DNA of 64,000 bases from Hormiphora californensis (lineage: Eukaryota > Animalia > Ctenophora). The stretch lies in assembly GCA_020137815.1 (NCBI GenBank), contig CM035358.1, positions 6,200,001 through 6,264,000 on the forward strand, written 5' to 3'. Position numbers and translations under genes: made by a program. The notes beneath the pieces are model-generated. The model saw only the letters and a list, made by a program, of their open reading frames with translations. It had not been told where the DNA came from and ran no database searches. Positions 34,277 to 46,757 of this stretch are shown one piece after another (within the stretch, counting starts at the first letter, position 1; each line of letters starts with the position of its first letter).

Positions 34277-34604
34277 TATAGAGGCTACAACAAAACGATG
34301 TGCTGTCGCACCGTACCATTATTGCCATGGTGACGAAAGGGGGTTTACAGGATAATGAGGTGATGATAATCACCGCGGTGCGACAGCACATCTAATTAAG
34401 GGGCGTACTGTTACACAATAGTATTGCTATGGCTTCGTTTAAAGATCCTGTCATTGGTTAAAACCGTAAGGGAATGTGTTTAAACTATGATGTGCTGTCG
34501 CACCGCGGTGATTATCATCACCTCATTATCCTGTAAACCCCCTTTCGTCACCATGGCAACAATGGTACGGTGCGACAGCACATCGTTTTGTTGTAGCCTC
34601 TATA
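34277..34604. mobile_element. MITE with ~115-bp TIRs
   Basis: TATAGAGGCTACAACAAAACG ... CGTTTTGTTGTAGCCTCTATA, flanked by CCCAT on both sides (TSD is either CCCAT or TATA). Confidence 0.8.
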
Positions 34605-34975
34605 CCCATTTGTATTTCTCCGTGTAAAGTGTTATATCACTCGATAGCTAGCCCTATTGTCCGTTTCACCAGCTTCTTCGCACGACTGGTGTGAAGAAGC
34701 TGGTGAACTTCACACGACGACTTCACACACTTTCAATGTTATAGTTTCCGGGAGTAGTTCCATGTCGAGTGTCACGTACCACGCTATAGTGTCTCCTAGT
34801 ACTGTCTCTCAGTCTCAATGTTACAGAATAACTTCTTTCACACTATCGAATGACATGATATATATCTTTTTATTTCTGCGGATTTGTATGGCTCCTTACT
34901 GTCAACATATCACTGACAAGTATTCCGTGCTCACATCTCTTAACACTGCAGTGTTGACTATCTCTATACATACTA

Positions 34976-36346
34976 CCGTAAGTTGGGGTAACTTTGTACC
35001 ACTTTTTAGCATTCTCCTAAAATAACTCCTTGTCCTAACCACACTCGAAAATTTTTGAACCAAATAATCCCGTTCCAGACCCAGTACACCAGATATAACT
35101 AGTGAAATTTTCGGTCCCCTCTCATTTAATTAGATTAATTAACGTGTACTTTAGTGTAAGTGGAGTTTTAGGGCATGGGGTAACTTTGGAATCGGGGTGG
35201 GGTAAATTTGGACACATTTTGCAATGACAAATAAATGAACATAAAATGTTTAGGTTTTCGATATGAGCGTTTGTAGAGTTGCCTTAGACCCTCTCTGCAC
35301 TGACTAGTTTAGGACCATATGACCAAAATTCAGCCCAATCCACGCCCGTTTTCATCCATCTATCCGCTAGGGTAGTGAATAAACAAGGATTTGGTCTATT
35401 TTATGGAGCTAAATCACAAACAACCGGCCTGAAACCCATCAAACTTCAGTAATTTGGGGTCACTCATCCACCCTGCACTGCAGGGCCTGCAGTAGCTTGG
35501 TAGGTGGTATTGGCTCCCTAGGCGGCAGTATTAGTTCTTTTTACTGAATTGGACCGCCAGCAAGTGGTCCACTAATATGGGTACTGGCTAAATAAAGGAG
35601 TTTTGCTGCCTGTGTTCCTGCATAGATTGTCCACAAGAACTAATACACTCGCATAGAGGGTCAATACCATCTACCAAGCTACAGGATGGAAGAGTGACCC
35701 CAAATTATTGAAGTTTGATGGGTTTCAGGTCGGATTTCTGTGATTTAGCTCCATAAAGTAGAACACATTTTCTGGTTTATTCACTACCCTAGCGAATAGA
35801 TAAATGAAAATGGGCATGGATCGGGCTGAATCTTGGTCAAATGGTTCTAAACAAGTCAGAGAAGGTTTAAGGCAACTCTGAAGACATCAAAAGATCAAAA
35901 CCTGTAGTGTGGGGTAACTTTGGCACCCCGTCCAAAGTTACCCCAAAATTCAAAATATGGCGGGGTAACATTAGCCACCCCAATTAGTCTCAATTAAAGT
36001 AATTGATCGAGTTTGAAAAATGGTGCCCCGAATTATTTGATCGAAACCCTTCCACTCTATAGAGCAAACTTGATTCGGTCATTTGCCCGGTCAGATCTAT
36101 GGTACCCATTTTGATTTGAACATTTTTAGCGAATTTGACTTCAATTATGTTTGACCCTAATTAGGAGATAATTAGTAAAGGCTTGGAAAAAATAATTGTA
36201 CCATTAGTTAGACATTTATGGGTCAGTTACTTGTACACCAAAAATTTTTTCCAAATCTCTCGTTATCTGTTGGTAATTTTGGATTAAAGCCAAATTTTGA
36301 AAGTGTCCAAAGTTACCCTGCAAACCAAAGTTACCCCAGATTACGG
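34976..36346. mobile_element. pogo/Tigger-like non-autonomous DNA transposon
   Basis: TA|CCGTAAGTTGGGGTAACTTTG ... CAAAGTTACCCCAGATTACGG|TA; repeated GGGGTAACTTTG subterminal motifs and an internal degenerate inverted repeat at ~35270-35880. Confidence 0.8.
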
Positions 36347-37230
36347 TATGTCTATTAATATTGCCAGTGCTGCCAGTGCTGCATATTGCTAGGCTTACAG
36401 CTGTGTTCCGCGACTCCCGTACGAGTAACACACGTGTGTGTTACTCGATTGTGTGCATTCCCTTGGGCCAGCTGTGCCAGCTAAAACTAGCTATTACAGC
36501 ACATAATTAGCTGTGATCACTGACCTTACTCCTCCAGTGTAGGACATACAATATTTTTCTTTGTGAATTTCGGCCTTGCCTTGCTCGACCCTGACTCGCT
36601 GGACCCTGAAAACAAACATAATGGCCCCACATTAATCAGTGATCAGGGCCATACAAATAATTTCTTTACGGCCTGGTACAGATGGTAAATATAGAATCAT
36701 TTTCCTACAAAATTACATTACAACGAGTGAGGTGTGCTCAGCTTACTCTAAACTTTCTCTTCATTTTTCAAGAAATTGCATTATTATGCTGGTTGTGACT
36801 AGTGTTTCCCCTAGTTCTCTTTGCAGATTATCAGCTTGTATTTCAATGCTAGGACCGTGACTTATATTCTATTGATTAAATAATTGTTGTTTAATTGAAT
36901 TTATTTGTTGTGTAAGGCCAGGTAAAAACTATTTGGTCACGAATAAATGCGATAAAGTGCGATCGAAATCGTTGTAGACGTTTCAAGTAAACTAAAAGCA
37001 AGAAATAAGGGATATATATATCTTTCTACGTTGATTATCTGCCCAATGAAAGACCTTTGTTCTCAGTTTGAATGTACCAACTAATGATTTGCACCCAACT
37101 TTGGATCAAACACCCAGTGCTACCAGTTTAATAGCGCTTTAACACAACAGGAACAATAGTTCTAACACAACTCTCACCATGTTTTAGAAACAACACATCT
37201 AACACAGTTCTCACCATGTTTTAGGAAAGA

Positions 37231-38298
37231 ATGATATTCGGTAACGACAGTCTACACAACGTAACGGGAGACCCAATATGGGATCCAATCATGAACACCA
37301 GTTACGCGTTCATTGTAGCCCTCTGTTTCCTTGTCTCCCTGCTCTTAAACCCTGCCCTGTTTGTTTACCACCTCTCCATCCACCTCTCCATCCCCTCACT
37401 CCTCTACCGGGTCCTCAACCTTGGAGACTTCCTAACAACAACGATACTCTGCCCTTATATCTTCTACGGACTGGTCACACCGGAATTAGTTCCCCACCTC
37501 GCACCCGCCACCATATGGCAGCGCATCTACTCAGGGATCTTTGGGTTCCTACTCTTCATGAGCGTTAGTGTAACGACTGTATTGTCAGCTAATAGGGTGT
37601 ACGCAATCAAACGACCGCTTCGTAAACTCAACTATCGGTCCGCAGTTATTTACCCTCTAACTGTTGTTGCATCCGCTGCAATGATAGTGATGTTAGTTCA
37701 GTTCTTTCTAAATAAGAACTGGAACAGATACCTGTACAGCACTAATCGACTGAAACTAATGCTTTTCAAGGAGGGAACTAACGAGATATCAAACTGGCCC
37801 GAGCTTGCTTATGCAGGGTGTTTGCTACCGGTAGCAGTTATCGGGTGCGTCTGCGCAGTGGTCACGGGCAGAGAAATCATGAAGCAGAAGAACGTTTGTA
37901 ATACCGTCTCAAAGAGAAATAACCGCAGTTCTATGACAGTGGTATTCCTTTCTTTAGGGATCCAGGCAGCCATTTTTCTGGTTTTTGTCCAATTTTTATA
38001 CTCCCTGCTAGCACGAGATAACTACTCCTACGCTTCCCAGTATTTCATGTATGGAAATTCCTTGTTTTGTACACTAATCCTGTCAGTTATCAACCCGATT
38101 ATCATTGCAACTCGCTCATCAGAGTTCCAGAAGTTTTATAGGAAGAAAGTCCTGCTGATACAGTCGACTGTCATGGCAACAACCGGAACCCCGGGAGAAC
38201 AGAGGGTGGGTGTTGTTACGACCCATCACAAAACTGAGTTTGCTAAATCAGAAGTTATTAATTTGCGGCTTCTTGAAAAGAGGAGATCTTCTATTTGA
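37231..38298 (+). CDS. Intronless rhodopsin-like 7TM GPCR
   Basis: 355-aa ORF with seven hydrophobic segments, N-terminal N-glycosylation sites (NDS, NVT, NTS), TM1 N, TM2 LxxxD, an NRV variant of DRY followed by AIxxP, and TM7 INPII. Confidence 0.85.
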   Translation: MIFGNDSLHNVTGDPIWDPIMNTSYAFIVALCFLVSLLLNPALFVYHLSIHLSIPSLLYRVLNLGDFLTTTILCPYIFYGLVTPELVPHLAPATIWQRIYSGIFGFLLFMSVSVTTVLSANRVYAIKRPLRKLNYRSAVIYPLTVVASAAMIVMLVQFFLNKNWNRYLYSTNRLKLMLFKEGTNEISNWPELAYAGCLLPVAVIGCVCAVVTGREIMKQKNVCNTVSKRNNRSSMTVVFLSLGIQAAIFLVFVQFLYSLLARDNYSYASQYFMYGNSLFCTLILSVINPIIIATRSSEFQKFYRKKVLLIQSTVMATTGTPGEQRVGVVTTHHKTEFAKSEVINLRLLEKRRSSI

Positions 38299-38844
38299 TT
38301 CTATTTGATTCTTCGATTTGATTCTATTTGATTCTTCGATTTGAAGTGTTAATTGAATATAATGTTGTACATTCCAATCAATCATGAGTTTTAGAATCTT
38401 TATTGTTTAACAATGTTTCACTAGAATGACATCCTGCAGGATGTTATTCGAAATTGCCTGGTCAGTGGTCAGCGAGAAATAAACGGCTAAATTTACACAG
38501 ACCCTGTAATTATGTAGTGCACGTCGCACGATTAACAATAATTTTTTCCCTGCCCGGGTGAATGCCGAAGGCATTCACCCGGATGCCTTTTTACTTTGTA
38601 AAAAGGCATAGCAGGGTTAGAATTCGAAAACGACATTTTGGTATACTAACTAATCGGTAGAGGGACATTTTTTGGTCACACTTTCGTTGCGAGGGCAACG
38701 GTGTAGCAACTAGAGCCGCGCGCACAGTGACGAGCTACTCCTTCATCAAACACCTCATTGACACAGTTTGATGGACGTGTGTGCGCGCGCCACTCAACAA
38801 AACATGAAATGCTCTGCCGTGCGTTTCGCGTGTTACATACACAT

Positions 38845-40225
38845 TTAGTGGGAGACACTAGCGTGGTACACACAAAAAAATGCGCGCCACACCAATTTCG
38901 TTTTTCAAAAAACACGCAAGAAAAAGTTTTTCAAGATCGACTTTTCACGTTTTGGCTCATAACTCCTGTTCCTGATAAGATAAAGACTTCAAACCTTCGC
39001 CATTCGATGGGGCTTGAAATTCCCTTTCCAACGGTATGCAAACGATTTCTGTAGCTCATCAGGAACCGGAGATATGATCAATTATGATAATAACCGCGTA
39101 AGTTTCCCCAGTGTCCCGATCTCTGGAATATGCAGGAAAGATAAATGCAAAAATTCTGCAGCAAAACAAAATCTATGCAGCAAAATGAAAAAATATTAGG
39201 GCACTGCAGCAGCAGCTGCTACTGCAGCAGAAGATATTTCCCATACTTACACACAGAGCAGTGCTGAGTGCTGCAGCAGTGTGTAACATATTCTATCTCT
39301 CTGTTATAACAGAGAGATAGAATATGTTGGGGCATGCCCCAGTTGTGCCTAGTGCACCGACAACAGTCAAGTAAGGGGGAAGGGGGAAGAAAAGAGAGAT
39401 TCATACTTTAACATAGCTCTCTTTTTTCCCCATAGCTTTACAAAGGGGTGAGATCGTTACTGTCACTGTTGCAGTCTCTGCAGTGGAATTTTCTTGGAAT
39501 TTTCCATCTCTGCAGTCCCTGCTGCAGTGCTGCAGGGACTGCAGCAGTGGAATTTTCAAGGAATTTTGATAACTGTGAACTGCAGGAACTGCAGTAGGGA
39601 ATATTCTAGGGAATATTCTAATCTTATAGGGACTGCAGGGGACTGCAGTAGGGGAATATTCCAGGGAATATTCTAATCTTATAGGGACTGCAGTAGGGGA
39701 ATATTCCAATCTTATAGGGACTGCAGTAGGGAAATATTCCAATCTTATAGGGACTGCAGGGGACTGCAGTAGGGGAATATTCCAGGAAAAATTCCAATCT
39801 TATAGGGACTGCCGGGGTATTTTTTCCAATGAAATCATGTTTAGGACGGTAGAAAATTTGGAAAATCCCTATCCATGACTGCAGCAAAAAGTAAAATTCT
39901 TGCAGCAAAACGAGCCCCCAAAATGAAAATTCCAGGCGTGAAAAAAAAAATCGGGACACCGGGTAAGTTTCCTTCGGCATTATCATAATTGATTATATCT
40001 CCGGTTCCTGATAAGCTACAGAAATTGTTTGCATACCGTTGGAAAGGGAATTTCAAGCCCCATCGAATGGTGAAGGTTTGAAGTCTTTATCTTATCAGGA
40101 ACAGGAGTTATGAGCCAAAACGTGAAAAGCCGACCTTGAAAAACTTTTTCTTGCGTGTTTTTTGAAAAACGAAATTGGTGTGGCGCGCATTTTTTTGCGC
40201 GTACCACGCTAGTGTCTCCCACTAA
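38845..40225. mobile_element. Non-autonomous DNA element with ~250-bp TIRs and internal minisatellite
   Basis: TTAGTGGGAGACACTAGCGTGGTAC ... GTACCACGCTAGTGTCTCCCACTAA; internal GGGACTGCAGTAGGGGAATATTCCAATCTTATA repeats at ~39585-39810. Confidence 0.8.
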
Positions 40226-42467
40226 TTTTCATCTTGCGAGTCGAGTGTGAGATGTTAGATAAGTATTAACAAGATAGACAACGATATAATGGTACTAAAT
40301 CAAATAAATTGATAGAAGCTTTCGAGATCACTGTGTATCACGTCTTCAGCTATGATAAGTAGTTAAGTTGGAATGTCAAAAGCTGGTTAGCAAGTGTCAT
40401 GTGATTGGGAATTAGCTAACTCTAAGCTATGTGAGAAGTATACTGACAGCTAGATCGTATGCATCTCACATTACATTATGACCAAGCCTTGATCCTGTTG
40501 GCAGTGACAATGTCACTGACATGTGAAACGGTAGGGCAGGGAAACACAGCATTATGAATACATAATGCAATAATTCTTGTTTTTGGAATTTCCCAAAAAA
40601 AACTGGGTGGTTAAAGGCCTTTTTACAGGTGCGTGCTGCCAAAAAAGTATCCTGTAGGTCGTACTGAAATGGCTCTCTGCCCTAATCACAATACCAATTT
40701 AAGGCTCAACTGTTATGGCTAATTCAAAATCTATCTGACAAGAAATGTCAAGCGGCTTGAGTCAAGCCCTAACCCCAACCCAATACTGTATGCTGAAACT
40801 AAACACCCAGATTTTAACGTTTCTCGAAAAGTTTGGGCGCCGTTACAATCTGGTTTTTACAGGCCTGCCAAGAAAGTAACTGGGCCTGCACTAAAGTAGC
40901 TCTCCTCAGATCGCTCTCTAGCATCTAACCACTCAACCGATTTGGGTAATCCAAAGACGAATCAGCACAGCAGACAGCTGACACGGGAAACTCAAAACAA
41001 AATAATACTACACAACCCACTAGGGACCTCAGGGGTGAAACGGTGCAGAGCAGCCACTAGACACGGTGAGGTGTGAATCAAGTCATCATATGGTCCCTGT
41101 GTGGGTTGTGCAGAAAAATAACTTAATCAAACGCCTACACACTAAAAAATTGATAAATAATATAAAAATAGTCTCTCATCACTAATGACATTTCAAAGGT
41201 TGAAGTCAAAATTGTCCAGTGTTGGTGTTTTTATGGGTACCCTACAACCTCTCAAGCTCCTCAAAGTTGACCTAAGGATGGAGAATCTCAACTTTTGCTT
41301 TATTGTAGCCATTACCTCTGGATATCTTTCTCCGTGTTTTTCCTCAATCCTTGAGGCAGCTTTCTTCAGGGTTTTCATGAATTCGTCTCCGAGTCCTCCT
41401 GTAGTTGACATTATCAGAGGGGTGAATGAGCCCCCTTCCACCATCTGTACTCTCCTCATGTAGCTTCTCTTCTTCCTCTGTTCATGGTCTCTGTACAGAG
41501 ATGTTGGAGGTGTTGAGAGATATGATGCAGAATTGGCATGGACAACTCTGACATCGAAGAAGTTCAGTTGTTCAGGCTGCCACAATCCGGTTCCGACAAT
41601 GTCCATACGGGCATCCCTATCTTGATTTGTCCAATGTGGGAGCCTTTCGGCAAAGTCATCACAAGGTTGCAGGAGTCGTTCAGTCTCTACTCCTTTCACA
41701 CCTGCATAGCTGAGAATTTCAGCTGTAGCGTCTCGGATCTTGTCGTGTCTCATGATAGTGTATCCTCCTTTGGCACAACTGAGGGCGTGGTTTACATCGT
41801 TGTCCTTACCGCATGCACATCGGAGGTTAAGATCAGGGAAGTGAAGTCCGAATCTTAGGCGCATAGCGTCATGGAATTCCTGCTTCGTGAGTTCGTAACC
41901 AAGACTATCGATTGGCCGAGCTGTTAGCCATGAGGATGCTCCTGGTTCAGTGTTGAGAGCTAGAAGACGCTGGCCGTAACTATCCATCATTGTGTGGATG
42001 ATCTTGAAGTTTGCTTGATGTCTGGTTTTGGTGGCTAGCTCACACTCTGTAATCTTCTCAGAAACGGCTTTGTCTAGTCGAGCGACAACTGCATGATCAT
42101 GGATTTCTTCAGACAGTAAGTGGTTGACCAACGGTTCTGTGCAAAATCTGGAGTGGGTGTAAGCATGGTTCGCAGTTTCGACAGGGTTGTCCAAACCTAG
42201 TCCGCCCATTCTGACCGGTAGAGCCAACAAGCAGCGTTGCTGATCATTTACGTGGGTGCCTAGTAGAACCGGGATCAGCTCGTGTCTAATAATGTCCTCC
42301 AGGGGCTTGAAGAGCGTTCCAATGTCTGGAACTGTTCTCTGAACATATCCCCATTTGAACTTCAGATTTCTTGTGAAATTGGAGTAGGCTAGATGAGGAT
42401 GGGTGCGACCAATGCTAACCAGATTTTTCAACGAGTCAGCCCAACCTGCGACTAGATCCATAATATA

Positions 42468-42498
42468 TTCAACACTACTTTAAACAAACTAATTTGAG
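42468..42498 (+). other. Spliced-leader-like sequence (5'-truncated) at 5' end of element A
   Basis: TTCAACACTACTTTAAACAAACTAATTTGAG, one mismatch to the copy at 52686-52716; ORF1 ATG 9 nt downstream. Confidence 0.75.
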
Positions 42499-42507
42499 CA
42501 TGACTCA

Positions 42508-43737
42508 ATGACCCCCCTCGGAACGCTGACGATGAACACGACTAAGCAGTGCAAGGAGGAGGAGAACAAGCGGAATGAGGCTGTTATGGAGAAGCTGAGA
42601 AACCATGAGGACGCCAGCAACGATGTTAAACGCGTGCTAAAGGCCTACATCGTCAAGGTCAAACACGATACTAACCTGAAAAATCTGGCCAAAATCAACG
42701 ACGATGCCCTTCATGATGTGGCAGAGTTTCTCGGGGGGAAACCCCTTAACGACTCCGGGCAGAAAACGTACAGGACCCGAACCAGCTTCATAGATTGGAT
42801 AATCATGGCCATAGAAGGTCTGTTTCAACAAGACTGCAGTGCGTGTAAAGGGTCATATACCCTAGAGAGAGGAGCTAAAGCCAAGTTTACCTGTGCCAGC
42901 TGTGGAGGAGGATCCCATGACTGTGAACAGGTGATGAGTCATCCTGCATTGAACGTCCCCGGCTTTGTGTGGGTGTGCGACGGATGCACCAAGAAGTTTA
43001 GTCTGGAGACTCTTTCAGGCACGGATGATGTAGATGAACCGCCTCAGAGCGGCGCCAGCGAGAGAAAATTCAGTTTCCCATCTACTCAAGCAGCAACCAC
43101 CACTGACAAAGAAGACGAGCCGGAGGAGAAGAAGGAGGCAATCAAACCTACAGAGGTATGTTCTTTCTATCTCAGGAGGAAATGTCGGCATGGGAGAGAC
43201 GGCACCAAGAAGTGGAAGGGGGCAGAATGCCCGAAAAAACACCCGGAAATCTGTAGAAAATACAGTAACTATGGGACCATGAGACGCGGGGGTTGTAATC
43301 GAGGGGCAGAGTGCAGATTCTACCATGTACCATTGTGCCGTTCATCGGAAACTCGCCATGAGTGCTTGAAGGAAGACTGCCAACACCAACACCTAAAGAA
43401 TACCAGAAGATCCAACGACGAAGGATGGAAGATAGCCGGGCAACGGAATCGCAACACTTCCGGCCAGTACCAGCCTAAAAACTGGACTCGATCACGATCT
43501 AGTTCCAGAACCAGGAACGCCAGCAACATTTCCAGTGCTGACAGGAATAGGTCCAGGGAACCATCCAGGGAGGACACAAACAAGAGTAAAGAGGAGGATT
43601 TTTTCGAGCGCCTCCTAGAGAGGCTAACAATCTCTCTCCCAGGGCTTGTGGCGTCCGAGATACACAAACACAGGCCAGTCTCGAACATATCGTGGAACAT
43701 TCCACCCGGCACGCAATTGACACAGGGTGCACGCTAA
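42508..43737 (+). CDS. LINE A ORF1 (PHD-like finger + CCCH-type zinc fingers)
   Basis: 409 aa; CSAC..CASC..HDC..WVCDGC followed by repeated C-x-C-x-C-x-H clusters and an RS-rich tail. Confidence 0.85.
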   Translation: MTPLGTLTMNTTKQCKEEENKRNEAVMEKLRNHEDASNDVKRVLKAYIVKVKHDTNLKNLAKINDDALHDVAEFLGGKPLNDSGQKTYRTRTSFIDWIIMAIEGLFQQDCSACKGSYTLERGAKAKFTCASCGGGSHDCEQVMSHPALNVPGFVWVCDGCTKKFSLETLSGTDDVDEPPQSGASERKFSFPSTQAATTTDKEDEPEEKKEAIKPTEVCSFYLRRKCRHGRDGTKKWKGAECPKKHPEICRKYSNYGTMRRGGCNRGAECRFYHVPLCRSSETRHECLKEDCQHQHLKNTRRSNDEGWKIAGQRNRNTSGQYQPKNWTRSRSSSRTRNASNISSADRNRSREPSREDTNKSKEEDFFERLLERLTISLPGLVASEIHKHRPVSNISWNIPPGTQLTQGAR

Positions 43738-46700
43738 ACAAAGGCACCAAAGGAGAAGTATGCGGATCAAAGCTTCTCCTTATTAACGGCAGGAGTCTCA
43801 ACCCTGCCGCCACTAGCAAAACAAAGTGGAAAATGAGATACCTTGCGGACCAAATCACCAGCTCTGATCTACCTGTAATGGCAGTGGGCCTAACTGAGAC
43901 TTGGTGGGATGGAAGAGTGGAGGACGCACAAGTAAAGATACCGGGATACAGTCTGTGGCGAGCAGATAGGGAGACCAGGACCGGGGGAGGCTGTGCTCTG
44001 TTCGTTCATGGCTCGCTGATAGTCACTGATAAAACTTCTTGGGGAGACAACTTCAACAACATGGTTGCTGTGTACATTGCTAGGTGTCACACCATAGTTG
44101 CCTCAATCTACCGCACCAGTGATTACCAAGACCTGCTTGAGACACTACAGGCCTTTATAAACAAGCACTCCCACGAAAGAACTGTCCCTGATCTCTACAT
44201 CATGGGGGACCTAAACCTACCACACCACAATTGGGATCTTTTAACCCTGGGGGGAGACAGAGAAGACAGAATATCAGCAGCAACAGAGAACTTTACACAA
44301 CAAAATTTCCTATGTCAAGTTGTCGACGATGCAACAAGAGAGTCCAGTTTGCTTGATGTAATTTTGACTAATAGACCGGACTACTTTATCAAAACTGAGG
44401 TTGAAGCAACCATTAGTATGTCAGATCACAAAACAGTAGCCGGTGTACTAGGGTATAACATGACATGCACTCCACACTTTAAGAAGAAAAAACTAGATCG
44501 TTGGTCATTCGAAGGAGTGTGTTATCACAAATCGGATATGAATAAACTGAGGGACTTGCTTAGTGATATTGATTGGGATGTTCTTTGGGAATTGTGTGAA
44601 TCACTTGAAAACATTGATAGGCTCACAGCATTCACAAACCTACTAACCCTCACTGTCCTTCAGGTCACATGCTCCAGTGCCCCACTGAAGAAAATCCAGG
44701 ACTACTCCCATCTTGTTAAGGACAATGCACTAACCAAGTTGAAATCAAAGAGGAGGAGGATCGACAGACGAATAAAGAAGCTACAGAAGAAGGGGGCCGG
44801 CCAGACCAGAGTTGCTAAACTAGAAGCCCTTGCAGCTGAGATCATCACCAATATCAAGGAACACATTACCCGAAGTATAAATGCTGAGGAAGACAAAGCA
44901 GTGGCACAGATCAAGAAGAATCCCAAAGCTTTTTACTCTTTTGCGAAGAGGAAAAGAAAAGTACAGTCGACAGTTGGACCATTACTGTCACAGAGTGGAG
45001 AGCTGACGGATGATCCACGGAGGAAAGCTGAAATACTCCAGGACCAGTATGTTAAAGTTTTCAGTGACCCCTCCCTAGTCAACGTAGAAAACGCCCTAAT
45101 GGATATCGAAGAGAGGAAAGCCGAGTTGACAGATATTGAACTCTCCCCTGCAATCATCGAAGGGGCCTTGAAGGAGCTAAACCCACATTCCGCAGCACCC
45201 AAAGGCGATATTCCATCACTGATTCTCCACGAGGCCAGGGATAAACTTTGCTATCCACTATGGATATTGTGGAACCAATCCTTTCACCGCGGGTTCATTC
45301 CCGCCGAACTGAAGAAACAACAAATTGCACCCATTTTCAAGAAGGGCAATAAGAGTCTGCCAGAGAACTACCGCCCAGTGGCACTGACGAGCCACGTCAC
45401 TAAAACCTTCGAACGAGTGGTAAGAAGTCAACTAGCGGACTTTGTGGAAAAGGCAGGGATCATAAACGAGGAGCAGCATGGATTCCGGTCGGGTAGAAGC
45501 TGTCTGACGCAACTACTCAACCATTACGATGCAATCCTAGAGGATCTGAACAATGGCCACGAAGTAGATGTGGCCTATATCGATTTTGCTAAAGCATTCG
45601 ATAAAGTCGATATTCGAATCCTACTGGGCAAGCTGCAAAGATACGGCATACGAGGAAAACTGTTGAACTGGATCGAGGCCTTCCTTACAGGTAGAGCACA
45701 GACGGTAGTGACGGAGGGCTACTGCTCCAGACCAGAATATGTCATCAGTAGTGTGATCCAGGGCTCAGTGCTGGGTCCACTTCTGTTTATTATCTATGTT
45801 AGTGATTTGGCCGCTTGCACGCTGGGTGGTACACTAACGTTTGCAGACGACACGAAGAGCAGGCAATCGATCGAACAAGCAGAGGACATGAAATCACTTC
45901 AGGGAGACCTCGACAGAATCGCCGATTGGTCAAAGAAGAACAACATGCTTCTACATGAGGACAAGTTCGAAATTCTCAACTACACCCTGAACAAAACAAA
46001 GCTTCTACGAGTTCTTCCCTTCAATGTGGAAAACTATCGATACTACAATACAAATGGTGAGGACATTAGCCCTGCACACTGTGTGAAAGACCTGGGTATC
46101 CACATGACCAATGACGCATCGTGGACAACACACATCGGTATCATCACCAGAGAAGCCAAAAGATTAGCTGGATGGGTCCTAGGAGTGTTCAGAGACAGAT
46201 CTACAGCAACCATGGTTACCTTACTGAAATCGCTCATTCGGCCGAAGCTAGAATACTGCTCGCCACTATGGTCGCCATGCCAAACTGGCGAGATTGCAAA
46301 GATCGAGGGAATCCAACGTTTCTTCACACGGAGAATCACAGACTGTGAAGGCATGAATTACTGGGAACGATTAGCCCACCTCAGGATACTTTCTTTGCAG
46401 AGAAGACGGGAAAGATACATGATCATACATATGTGGAAGATATACAAGGGGCTAGCACCTAATAGCACGAACATATCCTTCTACGTCCACCATCGACACG
46501 GTCCGAAAGCAGTTGTCCCTCGGATCATCACATCGGCACAGAAATCAGTCCAGACGCTACGGGATGCATCATTCGGAGTTAGAGCGGTTCAACTCTTTAA
46601 CAGGATGCCCGAGGAAGTACGGCTGGCAACATCAATCGAGAACCTAAAAGTCACACTTGGAGACTTCCTTGCTACCATACCAGACTTTCCACCTGTCAGA

Positions 46701-46757
46701 GGATACTCGAGCCCTAGAGATAACTCCCTTGTTGCCCTGCTCACTGAGGGGAAGTAG
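43590..46757 (+). CDS. LINE A ORF2 (APE endonuclease + reverse transcriptase), intact
   Basis: LLINGRSL, LTETW, DR..GGG.AL, GDLN, LDVILTN and SDH (APE); ENYRPVALTS, QHGFR, DFAKAFDKV, IQGSVLGPLLF, FADD and KDLG (RT). The frame is open from 43590, overlapping ORF1 in the -1 frame. Confidence 0.95.
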   Translation, partial: RGGFFRAPPREANNLSPRACGVRDTQTQASLEHIVEHSTRHAIDTGCTLNKGTKGEVCGSKLLLINGRSLNPAATSKTKWKMRYLADQITSSDLPVMAVGLTETWWDGRVEDAQVKIPGYSLWRADRETRTGGGCALFVHGSLIVTDKTSWGDNFNNMVAVYIARCHTIVASIYRTSDYQDLLETLQAFINKHSHERTVPDLYIMGDLNLPHHNWDLLTLGGDREDRISAATENFTQQNFLCQVVDDATRESSLLDVILTNRPDYFIKTEVEATISMSDHKTVAGVLGYNMTCTPHFKKKKLDRWSFEGVCYHKSDMNKLRDLLSDIDWDVLWELCESLENIDRLTAFTNLLTLTVLQVTCSSAPLKKIQDYSHLVKDNALTKLKSKRRRIDRRIKKLQKKGAGQTRVAKLEALAAEIITNIKEHITRSINAEEDKAVAQIKKNPKAFYSFAKRKRKVQSTVGPLLSQSGELTDDPRRKAEILQDQYVKVFSDPSLVNVENALMDIEERKAELTDIELSPAIIEGALKELNPHSAAPKGDIPSLILHEARDKLCYPLWILWNQSFHRGFIPAELKKQQIAPIFKKGNKSLPENYRPVALTSHVTKTFERVVRSQLADFVEKAGIINEEQHGFRSGRSCLTQLLNHYDAILEDLNNGHEVDVAYIDFAKAFDKVDIRILLGKLQRYGIRGKLLNWIEAFLTGRAQTVVTEGYCSRPEYVISSVIQGSVLGPLLFIIYVSDLAACTLGGTLTFADDTKSRQSIEQAEDMKSLQGDLDRIADWSKKNNMLLHEDKFEILNYTLNKTKLLRVLPFNVENYRYYNTNGEDISPAHCVKDLGIHMTNDASWTTHIGIITREAKRLAGWVLGVFRDRSTATMVTLLKSLIRPKLEYCSPLWSPCQTGEIAKIEGIQRFFTRRITDCEGMNYWERLAHLRILSLQRRRERYMIIHMWKIYKGLAPNSTNISFYVHHRHGPKAVVPRIITSAQKSVQTLRDASFGVRAVQLFNRMPEEVRLATSIENLKVTLGDFLATIPDFPPVRGYSSPRDNSLVALLTEGK

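Noticed and set aside
42500-42511. Three-codon uORF (ATG ACT CAA TGA) overlapping the element A ORF1 start
   Set aside because: Single instance with no second copy to show conservation; may be chance.
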